DNA of 32,000 nucleotides from Candidatus Kuenenia stuttgartensis (GTDB lineage Bacteria > Planctomycetota > Brocadiia > Brocadiales > Brocadiaceae): NCBI RefSeq assembly GCF_900232105.1, contig NZ_LT934425.1:3510001-3542000 (forward strand). Direction: 5' to 3'. Below are positions 18,145 to 26,350 of this stretch, piece by piece. Within the stretch, counting starts at the first letter, position 1. Every line of letters begins with the position of its first letter. A model generated the notes under the pieces. The model searched no databases. It had not been told where the DNA came from and saw only the letters and a list, made by a program, of their open reading frames with translations. The position numbers and the translations under genes are program-made.

Positions 18145-18867
18145 TCACTTCAATCTCAGTATTTTGCTCTTTTTCAGGTGCCAGGCAGTACAAAACCCTA
18201 AAAATACCATCAGAAGAAAAACGGACAAGATCAATAATGTGTATTTACTTGTCTCATAGCCCCTGCCAAGGTAGATATTCTTAATAATGAGAAGGAGTAC
18301 GCCGGTTATCCATAAAAAGGTAGTAGTATATTCCTTGATAATAAGCCTTCTCCAACTGAACTCCATACTTTGAATGGTGGTAAGCAGGCCTGAAAAGTCC
18401 GGAATAATCCTGTTGACCCGTTTACAGTAATCCTTGAACTCTTGTCCGAATTTATTTTCAAGGTAGTTCTCCTCTGAACATATGATTGCCATATAGGCAA
18501 ACAGGAAAAACGGTATACCAAACAAGACAAATAGCAATGAGTTTGCGACGACGCCAATACCCGTGAAAATCAAAAGATTTCCCAAATAGAGGGGATTTCT
18601 GCAATGGGCGAACATGCCGTTTTGCACAAGTGTTTTCGCATATACCCGTTTATTCTTGCCACCACGCTTGATGTAGTCCAGTCCTATTGTAAGCGCCCGT
18701 AATGCCTGCCCGCTTAATGCCACGATAATGCCAATGACAATTTCCAGGTTTTCTATGAGTTCGTTTTCACATATCGGCCACGTTCCCTCAAAAAAAAGCA
18801 GCACAAATACCAATGGAAAAAGGACATTCCGGTATCGAAAAAAGAACGTACCTATTGGAATCATCAT
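18145..18867 (-). CDS. ICMT/PEMT-family integral-membrane methyltransferase
   Basis: It is multi-TM, with 'GMFAHCRNPLYLGNLLIFTG' matching the remembered ICMT/PEMT signature (..RHP.Y.G..). I place the start at ATG 18867, which overlaps the cmoA stop (ATGA). The ORF-track start at 18888 lies inside cmoA. Confidence 0.75.
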   Translation of the reverse strand: MMIPIGTFFFRYRNVLFPLVFVLLFFEGTWPICENELIENLEIVIGIIVALSGQALRALTIGLDYIKRGGKNKRVYAKTLVQNGMFAHCRNPLYLGNLLIFTGIGVVANSLLFVLFGIPFFLFAYMAIICSEENYLENKFGQEFKDYCKRVNRIIPDFSGLLTTIQSMEFSWRRLIIKEYTTTFLWITGVLLLIIKNIYLGRGYETSKYTLLILSVFLLMVFLGFCTAWHLKKSKILRLK

Positions 18868-19589
18868 TTTACTGCCACCATTCCACAAAAGTTATACCAC
18901 TTGAAAAATACGTCACAATACCGGAAACCTTCCTTTAACAGAAGTTCTCTGTTTTCCAGGAGTTTATATGGAATCAATACATTTTCAAGCGCCTCACGTT
19001 TCTGGGAGATTTCCAATTCGCTGTACCCATTTCGTTTTTTCATATCATAATAGTATTTTATAAAGAGACGGTTGAATAACGAATCTTCCCCGAGCACTTT
19101 TTCTACAAGGATAAGGCATCCGTTTTCATTTAATCCCCTCACTATATCACTGATTACTTTGTCCCGTTTTAATGGTCTGATGAATTGAAGCGTTAAAACC
19201 ATGAGTACCACCGATGCATTTTCGACCGCAACGCCGTGATTCAAATCGCTGCAGATCAATTCGTATTCTCCGGCAAAACGGCGCTTGGAGAGAGTCTGTT
19301 TGCACCTGGCAAGCATGTCCTGCGAGGAATCGATACCAATGAATTTTACTTTACGGCTAATATTTTCACCTATATTGATGAGGGTGGTGCCGGTTGAGCA
19401 ACCAAGATCATATACATTCGTTCCTTCGACAGCAAAATCAACGGCCATTTCCACGATCATCCTCTGGATTTCCTGATAAAAAGGAATAGAACGTTCCAGC
19501 ATATCGTCAAACACGGAAGCGACCTTCTCTCCAAAGACAAAGTCCGCCACTGCCGGCACATTGTCTTTGAATATTTCATCCTTTGACAT
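18864..19589 (-). CDS. cmoA: carboxy-S-adenosyl-L-methionine synthase CmoA
   Basis: It is collinear with E. coli CmoA as remembered: 'FDDMLERSIPFYQEI', 'VYDLGCSTG', 'ENASVV.MVLTLQF', 'NGYSELEISQKREALENV'. The ATG at 19589 gives 'MSKDEIF'. A TTG at 19604 would overlap the upstream stop. Confidence 0.85.
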   Translation of the reverse strand: MSKDEIFKDNVPAVADFVFGEKVASVFDDMLERSIPFYQEIQRMIVEMAVDFAVEGTNVYDLGCSTGTTLINIGENISRKVKFIGIDSSQDMLARCKQTLSKRRFAGEYELICSDLNHGVAVENASVVLMVLTLQFIRPLKRDKVISDIVRGLNENGCLILVEKVLGEDSLFNRLFIKYYYDMKKRNGYSELEISQKREALENVLIPYKLLENRELLLKEGFRYCDVFFKWYNFCGMVAVK

Positions 19590-19600
19590 AGGCGAATTCC

Positions 19601-19966
19601 TCAACTTTCCTCAAGCGGAGTTTGCGTGGAAGCGGATGCCGTTGCCGCAAGCTTATGCTGCCTGATCAAATGGAGATTGCGCATATAGATCAGAGAGTTC
19701 GGCAGGTAGGCTAATATGCCGACAGGACTACGTTCCATAATCCAATAAACGCACATGATCATGCTTCCCGCTATACTCCAATACCAGAATGATACGGGAA
19801 TGACACTCTTTCCCTTCTTTTCCGAGGCAATCCACTGTATAAAAAACCGTGTGGAGAAGACCGCATTGCCAATAAACCCAAGTATCGTAAGGTAGCTCCA
19901 GTCGAGTCCGAACAGGCGATGTTGTTTGCCAAACCAGGTAACAGCCAATGTCATATGCTCAACCAT
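19601..19966 (-). CDS. small membrane protein with lipid-A-biosynthesis N-terminal (LAB_N) domain
   Basis: 'GFIGNAVFSTRFFIQWIASEKKGKSVIPVSFWYWSIAGS' matches the remembered LAB_N pattern (F..RF..QW..SEK...S..P..FW..S..G). AAGGAGA lies 8 nt upstream of ATG 19966. Confidence 0.75.
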   Translation of the reverse strand: MVEHMTLAVTWFGKQHRLFGLDWSYLTILGFIGNAVFSTRFFIQWIASEKKGKSVIPVSFWYWSIAGSMIMCVYWIMERSPVGILAYLPNSLIYMRNLHLIRQHKLAATASASTQTPLEES

Positions 19967-20158
19967 AAAAAATTCTCCTTGTTTTTAAAATTTCTTATTA
20001 ATACATTCGCCCTTTATCATCCAATTGCACAATCAATGGATCAAAAAAAACTCCAAAACCTAACCCAATCACCGTTATACTGCTGTCCGGCAAATGCAAC
20101 TATGACAATACTTGTTCTTCAGAAAGAACCGTAATTGTATGCATGTCATAGCTTTCAA

Positions 20159-21769
20159 TTATTTCTCACTTTTCAATACAATGTATGCGCTATCCCGGTC
20201 TACAATATGGAAGCTATTTCTCAGCAACCAATCCTTTTTTTTCTGAAAGGAATGCAAAGTCATTACAAAGTAAATGGGTTTTCCCTTGTCGAAATTGGCT
20301 GTTTGAAGTGATGCATCCGGGTTTATTTCTATTACATTTCTGTCGCTGTAAAAGACTAAGCTCGGCAATGTCTTGGCATAACTGAGAAGAGTGCAATCAT
20401 TTGTTTCATACAGATGGCTTTTATTAACAATGTCCCTGGTAGAACGAAAGGTTCCCACATATGTCACTACAAATATAATAACAGCCAGGAGGAATAAACC
20501 ATGCGTGAAACAATACACCTTCAGTAACGATAAAAAGCCTTTTTTGTAATAAATGGCGTAAAACGCGGTCGGTGCTACAATGAAAAGAATCATAACGGGA
20601 ATGACAACATGATATGTTGGCATTGTATAATTCGCGGGAACCCACTTTGACATGGTGGAAATCAAAACCATGGGGAGTGCTACTGAAAACCCCAACGAAA
20701 GCCATGATATCCACCGAATACTTTTTCCTGCGATGCCTTCTTTTTCCCATCGGTAAAGCGAAATAGTGAGCAATGCAATGGCAGGAGAAATGGGAAGAAT
20801 GTAGGTCATCAATTTCGAGCGCGAAAGGGAAAAAAAGACCAGGGCAAGGACAAACCATATGCAAAAAAAATATACTCGTCTTTTTTCCTCAACAGGCAAG
20901 ACAGTCCGTTTTTTGAAGATATTGAAAAATACCGCGCATAAGAACAACGACCATGGAAAATAACCCGCCAGGATCACCGGCAGGTAATAGTAAAATGGCT
21001 CCTGATGGGCATAACCATGAATAATCCGTCCTGTCGTTTCCTGTGTAATTAATCCGAAAATCTGTTTCGTGCCTAAAGAGAGCCAGAAAGGGATACCCCA
21101 TGCACAAATAACGCCCAGAAAAAGCAGGAATCCTGGTAAATACCAAAGCTTCCTGACAAATCGAAGGTCGCGCATCCATGCGAGAAAACAGAGTATGGTT
21201 AAAACAACCAACAGTACCCCTACCGGCCCCTTTACGAGAAATACCATGCCCAGTAAGAAAAAAAGAAAACATTTTCTGGGCATGTTCTTGTTTTTTTCCG
21301 TGTATTCAACAAAGAAAAGGTACAGGCTGGCGCTGATAAAAAAGGTAAGGAGTATGTCGGTAATACATAATCGGGAAACAAGGAAAAAGAGAGGGCTTGA
21401 TATTAGAACCATACCTGCCCAAAAGCCACTCTTACGGCTTTCATACCTCTTCCCTAGCAGGTATGTTATCAATACCGTACCAATAGCCGCCATAGCGGAT
21501 GGGAATCGCGCACCAAATTCGTTTATTCCAAAGACCTTATAGGAACAGGCAACCATCCAATAAAAGAGCGGTGGCTTGTTAATACGTGGTTCCCCGTTAA
21601 AAAACGGTACAATCCAGTTGTTGTCTAACACCATTCCCCGTGCAGTGGCGGCATAACGAGGCTCATCGGGATCCATGAGCGGTATTGCCCATGTATAGAA
21701 TAGGAAAAAAAAGAGGCCCAATAAAAATAGACAGAGAATGAAAGGAATGTCCTTTTTTGTTATACGCAC
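20159..21769 (-). CDS. ArnT-like (GT83/PMT_2 family) undecaprenyl-phosphate-sugar-dependent glycosyltransferase
   Basis: The protein is 536 aa and polytopic. 'DPDEPRYAATARGM' and 'INKPPLFYW' in the first periplasmic loop are typical of ArnT-family enzymes. The start is GTG. Confidence 0.85.
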   Translation of the reverse strand: MRITKKDIPFILCLFLLGLFFFLFYTWAIPLMDPDEPRYAATARGMVLDNNWIVPFFNGEPRINKPPLFYWMVACSYKVFGINEFGARFPSAMAAIGTVLITYLLGKRYESRKSGFWAGMVLISSPLFFLVSRLCITDILLTFFISASLYLFFVEYTEKNKNMPRKCFLFFLLGMVFLVKGPVGVLLVVLTILCFLAWMRDLRFVRKLWYLPGFLLFLGVICAWGIPFWLSLGTKQIFGLITQETTGRIIHGYAHQEPFYYYLPVILAGYFPWSLFLCAVFFNIFKKRTVLPVEEKRRVYFFCIWFVLALVFFSLSRSKLMTYILPISPAIALLTISLYRWEKEGIAGKSIRWISWLSLGFSVALPMVLISTMSKWVPANYTMPTYHVVIPVMILFIVAPTAFYAIYYKKGFLSLLKVYCFTHGLFLLAVIIFVVTYVGTFRSTRDIVNKSHLYETNDCTLLSYAKTLPSLVFYSDRNVIEINPDASLQTANFDKGKPIYFVMTLHSFQKKKDWLLRNSFHIVDRDSAYIVLKSEK

Positions 21770-22418
21770 TAAAATACCATTTTAAAAAATAAGGTGCCCT
21801 ATTTAAGTATAATTTTTATGATTTTTGGCAGTATGTAGACACTTTTGCCAGTTCTTAATGACCCAAAATGATACGAAACATATGCAGGCGAACCTGAAAG
21901 GATCGCACTACGGTAACTTTTACTATAAGATATGGTATATGAATACGAGATTAACGCAGGATTACATTTTTGTAATTTTAGAGAAGTAAACAGCGGCAAG
22001 AAAATTAAGCGTAAAAATGTCATTCTTAAAATATTCAGATGTATTAAGGAAAAGCAGGTTCAGGCTAAGATGCCAACAAAAACCGACCTACCAATCTATG
22101 TACGCAGTTTCTGACGCAATTCGAGGGATAGATAAGCCGTTAAGCCAGTAAATACCAGGGGTCATCCTTTGAGGGTAGCAAAAGAGGGAGCAAGGAGGCC
22201 CGGCACTACAAATCAAAAGAGAGCCGTAATGATTGTCCGTTAATTACGCTATCCCTTACCGTTGATGAAGAGGGATTTTCCCAAACAGAGCAAGGTTTTC
22301 GGGGGCAATGCATCAGAGCCTGATATCCTGAAAGATATTTTGGCGGGATTAAAAAAAGAAGTCGGTATGTTTTCAAATTATGTAACTATTCAACGTAAAC
22401 ATTACTCGACTCCTGGCG

Positions 22419-22551
22419 GGTTCAGGTTGCAAACCAATGTCATTAAGTTCTGCTACCTGCCATAAAAATCCCCCTTAGAAAAGGGGGATAAAGGGGGGTT
22501 GTTTTTAATCAAATATCCTTAACATAATGACATTGGTTTGCAACCTGAACC
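22419..22551. mobile_element. MITE-like element, copy B (101-bp core at 22435-22535; inverted repeat extends to 31 bp with 1 mismatch)
   Basis: ggttcaggttgcaaaccaatgtcattaagtt and aacataatgacattggtttgcaacctgaacc flank the same hairpin core as copy A. Confidence 0.75.
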
Positions 22552-22756
22552 TATGAGTTTATGTGTATAATGTGGCCATGTACTGCGGTAAAATTCCAAT
22601 GCCCAAAGCCCGAAATCCCAAGCTCGAAAATAAGACTACAAAAATAGTTTAAGTACAGATACTACAACACAATATGGTTATAAAACCATTTTCATAGTTT
22701 CTGGGTATTGCAAATGTAACATGATGACTGGTGACTTATTTTGTCCTTACAAGGGC

Positions 22757-22816
22757 ATCAGCTTGTCATTACAATGGACTCGGCTTGTCATTGCGAGGGT
22801 CTTTTCCGAAGCAATC
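22757..22816. repeat. left arm of a ~60-bp imperfect inverted repeat ('cttgtcattgcgagggtcttttccgaagcaatc' family)
   Basis: It contains two TTGTCATT units and pairs with 22956-23018. The inner 33 nt are near-perfect, differing by one G. Confidence 0.8.
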
Positions 22817-22954
22817 TCATAAACCATCATAGAGATCCTTCCCTCCTGCATTCATCCCATTAATTAATTCTATTTTTTTAGCCCTTGAGCCACCCTTAAT
22901 TTGCTTCTCCCGCGATATGACGTTTCTTACGTCACGAAATATCTCGTAGTATAC
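22817..22954 (-). pseudogene. C-terminal fragment of a small GIY-YIG (COG2827-type) nuclease gene
   Basis: The minus-strand translation is 'VYYEIFRDVRNVISREKQIKGGSRAKKIELINGMNAGGKDLYDGL*'. This matches the remembered C-terminal half of ~95-aa GIY-YIG proteins ('..REKQIKgWsR.KK..LIe..NP.W.DLY'). The N-terminal GIY-YIG half is absent, and both expected Trp positions are Gly. Confidence 0.6.
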
Positions 22955-22955
22955 T

Positions 22956-23018
22956 GATTGCTTCGGAAAAGACCCCTCGCAATGACAAGCTGAGACCCCC
23001 CTGCAATGACAAACTGAT
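22956..23018. repeat. right arm of the inverted repeat flanking the GIY-YIG fragment
   Basis: The sequence is gattgcttcggaaaagacccctcgcaatgacaagctgagacccccctgcaatgacaaactgat, the reverse complement of the left arm at about 85% identity by eye. Confidence 0.8.
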
Positions 23019-23162
23019 ACCTTTGCCATTACGTACCCAATCAGATACTTCACTATGTTCAGTACAAGGTTTGAGAACGAGTTGTGCTTCGGTAGTTTAA
23101 TGGATTACGCTGAATAGTTACGTTTTGTTTCGTATTTCGTATTTTTTATTTCCTGTTTGTTT

Positions 23163-23186
23163 GGTTCTGGCTATGCCAGCTTAGGG
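23163..23186. repeat. 24-nt exact repeat, copy 1 (ggttctggctatgccagcttaggg)
   Basis: It is identical to 26181-26204 and contains a ctggc-tat-gccag hairpin. Confidence 0.85.
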
Positions 23187-23743
23187 TAAACACATCTTAA
23201 TCATTGTAAAATCAATGATATATATATATATGTTGCACGGTATATTTATATCACTGCACAATGTGTTGGGGATGGCGGCGGGTTTTTATTTATGGCAACT
23301 TCGTCTTCGTGGATAGGGAGGAGGATATTAGCGGTAGCTGCAGGGAGAAAACTGCCCTGAGCGTCCGAATACTACAGGCCGGGTTCAGATTTGCAATCTG
23401 AATCCACTTGATGTTTTTTATCTGTGCTCATCTTCGAAATCTGCCGGGGAAAAAGTATTTTCAGGCGAATGGTTGATTGCTTTATTTACAGGAGCAGCTA
23501 TGGACATAGTTTTCGCCTGTTTAAAAGAAAACAGGCTGTCCGTGAATAGAGAATCCCGCAAAAATCCAGCTGTTAATATATGATGACTTATTATAGAAGA
23601 AAATTGCGAAAAACTGAATTCCCGGACAGCCTGAAAAGATAATAAAGAACATTTTGCCTGTTAGGCAGTGAATACATTACGAAAGAAAGTTTGTGCCATT
23701 ACAAACCACTGAAATCCATCCTTAACAAACGTGGCTTCCTCCG

Positions 23744-24526
23744 TTATTTCTTCACTGTGGCTTCTTCCACGATTACATTATATTTATAACCGCTGCCAAA
23801 ATCCTTATCCTTATAGAGAGTGCCGCTTACCGTAACAATATCACCGACAGAAGGTTGATCTTTTGTGGTGACTACGAGGTCTGTATTATTCTTATCCTGG
23901 CTTCCGCTTCCGTCCTGAAGATGCAGCCAGTTCTTACCCATAATGCCAACAGAAACTTTAATTACTTTACCCTTCACAATGACCTTTTTATTGTTAAGCT
24001 TCTTGCTGTTTTCATAAAGTTCCTCTACGGTATAAGCGTCCGCCCCTGTAGCTTTTTCCACAGAGATATTTTCATTTGTTGTAACGCTGATGCCCTTGCT
24101 GCCTTTGGTAGTGTATGAAGGAGCTTCTTGCCCTGAATCCGCCAGACCGTTGGAAAAAATGATTTTGTCAAATGTTCTGTTCAAGGTCTTGCTTTCAAAG
24201 CCGGTCATTTCAAAACCTGGTTGCAAAACAACTTCCTGCCCCACGGATACGGTTGTTTCCGGTATGGCTACCCATGTTTTTTTCCCGTAGTCATCAATGC
24301 AGAGATACGTATAGCCGCCACTGTTCATTGTTTCTGCAATTTTTCCGGCAAGAAAATAGCCGCCCTCGTTTTGCGCTTCATGCGAATGTTCCTGTGAATA
24401 ATTACTATGTGTATAGTCACGAGAGGGTTCTTCCACCGATTTCATTTGATAGGCAAAAGTATTTTCTGCGATTATTACGGAAGATAATGTTAGCGATAAA
24501 GCAAATACAAATACAATCTTTTTCAT
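23744..24526 (-). CDS. secreted hypothetical protein (signal peptide; two OB-fold-like halves suspected)
   Basis: A signal peptide 'MKKIVFVFALSLTLSSVIIAENTFA' is present, and AGGAGA lies 8 nt upstream of the ATG. No family was recognised with confidence. Confidence 0.75.
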   Translation of the reverse strand: MKKIVFVFALSLTLSSVIIAENTFAYQMKSVEEPSRDYTHSNYSQEHSHEAQNEGGYFLAGKIAETMNSGGYTYLCIDDYGKKTWVAIPETTVSVGQEVVLQPGFEMTGFESKTLNRTFDKIIFSNGLADSGQEAPSYTTKGSKGISVTTNENISVEKATGADAYTVEELYENSKKLNNKKVIVKGKVIKVSVGIMGKNWLHLQDGSGSQDKNNTDLVVTTKDQPSVGDIVTVSGTLYKDKDFGSGYKYNVIVEEATVKK

Positions 24527-24905
24527 TATAAAGTCTCCTACTCTATTTTACTAAGTTTTCAGGTGAAATAATGTACTGTTTAATGTATTAACGTTAAGCT
24601 GCAACACTTGCAGACTCCATTCGGCGGAGCTGTTATGCGGCAAGCAAGAAAAAAGGTTGTTTTTCAGCAAAAATACTGCAGTACGTAATGAAATCGGCCA
24701 ATGAAAAAATGATACTCACTTTATCATGATAAAACAAGAATTTTATTATCCATTAATTTGTTGCAGGTTTGTCTATTCCGCCTCATATTTCATGCATACA
24801 TGTTTTCAAATAGGAGAGGCGTAAAGGGTAAAATTACACTGCGTGCATGGCCGCAACCAGGACAACCCTGCACCTTCTCACCTTAGCAACCGGGGAATTA
24901 CCAGA

Positions 24906-25022
24906 GTAGGGGAGAAGCATTTGACTGTGTACAGTAGACTAGTTCAATTAGAGTGGAGTTAACGCGTGTGCAGCAACATTTTACGTCCGAATCTTATATA
25001 CAGGCAAATGTTTCGCCCCTAC
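24906..25022. repeat. GTAG-headed inverted repeat pair (23-nt arms, 3 mismatches, 71-nt spacer) overlapping the coaB stop
   Basis: gtaggggagaagcatttgactgt (24906-24928) pairs with acaggcaaatgtttcgcccctac (25000-25022). Confidence 0.7.
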
Positions 25023-25714
25023 ATTTCTAAAATCAGATTTGTTTGACTATATATTATGTCTATGAGCCTTTCTGCTATATCTTGTTTTGTATTGCACGTT
25101 GCCACCAGTTCCTGATGTGAATTAATGATATAACCGGGATGTTTATCCCCTAAAATCTCATGCTGGTCATTTGCTACCACAAAATCCGCTTTATTTTTCA
25201 GCAAGGAGGCATAGGCCCTTTTCATGAGTTCATCATGGGGAATCCCCGCTTCTAATTTAAAACTGATGAGCAGCAAACGGGGCCAAAGCTCTTTTATTAA
25301 CTTTATTATTTTCGGAGTTTTTATAAACCGTATGGTAATCTCATTGCTATGGGAAGACACTTTTCCTTCGACCGGTTGTTCAGGGATATAATCCAGCACC
25401 GCCATGGCGTGGACAACGGCGTCAAAGACTTTCCCCTGTAAACCCTCCCGGAATAATTTTGACAGATCCTGTATCGTTTCTATTTCAATGAGGGTAAGCC
25501 GGTTACCCGTTTCTTTTCCTAAGCAAGTAACATCAGGAATAATACTTCCTGTGCCATACGCCATTGTGACGTCAGCCTCCCTTTTAAGCGCTTCGGTTGC
25601 TATTGCAGCCCCCAATCTGCCGGAAGATTTATTGCTTATATATCTGACGTCGTCTATATAACCCCTTGTAGGTCCTGAAGTTATAAGTATGTTTAACCTC
25701 TTTTTATCTTCCAT
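25019..25714 (-). CDS. coaB: phosphopantothenate-cysteine ligase (stand-alone CoaB domain)
   Basis: 'LNILITSGPTRGYIDDVRYISNKSSGRLGAAIA' matches the Dfp C-terminal (CoaB) signature. I place the start at ATG 25714 ('MEDKKRLNIL'). The 60-codon upstream extension in the ORF track has no family-like sequence. Confidence 0.8.
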   Translation of the reverse strand: MEDKKRLNILITSGPTRGYIDDVRYISNKSSGRLGAAIATEALKREADVTMAYGTGSIIPDVTCLGKETGNRLTLIEIETIQDLSKLFREGLQGKVFDAVVHAMAVLDYIPEQPVEGKVSSHSNEITIRFIKTPKIIKLIKELWPRLLLISFKLEAGIPHDELMKRAYASLLKNKADFVVANDQHEILGDKHPGYIINSHQELVATCNTKQDIAERLIDIIYSQTNLILEM

Positions 25715-25888
25715 CTGCTTAACGCGGCCTTTTAAAAAATTTGAGCGATTGGCAATAAGGTGATTTTCTGAAAAACTCTGTGAAAAACATGTTTTCTCCA
25801 CCAACGTGGGAAGTGTATCAATTTGACAAAGCGGATGCAAGGTCCTGCTTGCCGTTATCGGCAATATAGTACAAGGCAAGTGGGATTG

Positions 25889-26016
25889 TAACACTTTCGT
25901 TTTTTGAAAAACGTAAGAGCGAGAGACGAAGCACGAGAGACGAGGGATGTCCGTTGTACCAGCATCGTACGGAAAACAGCGCTATTATTGGAATTTTTCA
26001 AAAAACTAAAGTGTTA
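25889..26016. mobile_element. MITE-like element of 128 bp with 23-bp TIRs (1 mismatch)
   Basis: The TIRs are taacactttcgttttttgaaaaa and tttttcaaaaaactaaagtgtta. The interior carries 'cgagagacga' twice, 14 nt apart. The outer TA on both ends could be either TIR or a TA target duplication. Confidence 0.6.
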
Positions 26017-26180
26017 AAGATTGTTGCAATAATCATTGTTCCATTTATGGTGTATTATGGCATTTTTTATTTGCAAATAGGGTGTTGGCATAGTAAAAGA
26101 ATAGCCAAAGCATCCAAATCCCATTTTCCCTTAATGGTGAAATCCGAAATTCAAAACAAATTCCCATTTCGTGCTTGATA

Positions 26181-26204
26181 GGTTCTGGCTATGCCAGCTT
26201 AGGG
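26181..26204. repeat. 24-nt exact repeat, copy 2 (ggttctggctatgccagcttaggg)
   Basis: It is identical to 23163-23186. Confidence 0.85.
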
Positions 26205-26350
26205 GGAAAGGAGTCCGGGCAACGATAGAAAACATTAGGTTTTTGTTACAAATTGAACCTTCAAAATAAAGCGTTCGTATTTTTGATATGTTGTATCTGC
26301 CGCAAGTATTGTATTGTAAACTCAATGGCATTTTATAGGAAAAACGGAGT

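Noticed and set aside
22262-22465. A 67-codon ORF (MMKRDFPKQSKVFGGNASEPDILKDILAGLKKE...) lies just left of MITE copy B.
   Set aside because: It has an alternative start codon and no RBS, and it runs into the MITE inverted repeat. No family was recognised. It could be a gene relic, but I cannot support a call.
22761-23014. Four copies of TTGTCATT/AATGACAA, plus AATG(T/A)CATT in the MITE TIRs, resemble half-sites of the E. coli CusR box (AAAATGACAAnnTTGTCATTTT). A CusR-like regulator is encoded in this window.
   Set aside because: The half-sites are never arranged as an inverted pair with 2-nt spacing. They are intrinsic parts of widespread repeat families, and none lies in the promoters of the RND or two-component operons. 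The resemblance is most likely coincidental.
23218-23231. An (AT)7 dinucleotide run.
   Set aside because: It is short and lies in AT-rich non-coding DNA with no adjacent gene start. It is not distinguishable from chance low complexity.
25715-25894. Several ORF-track entries carry long N-terminal extensions. These are coaB to 25894, the propeller gene from 27507, RhuM from 2901, and the ICMT-like gene to 18888.
   Set aside because: The extensions overlap upstream genes or repeat and palindrome elements and show no family-like sequence. In each case an internal ATG with an RBS or a stop-start overlap gives the expected protein N-terminus.
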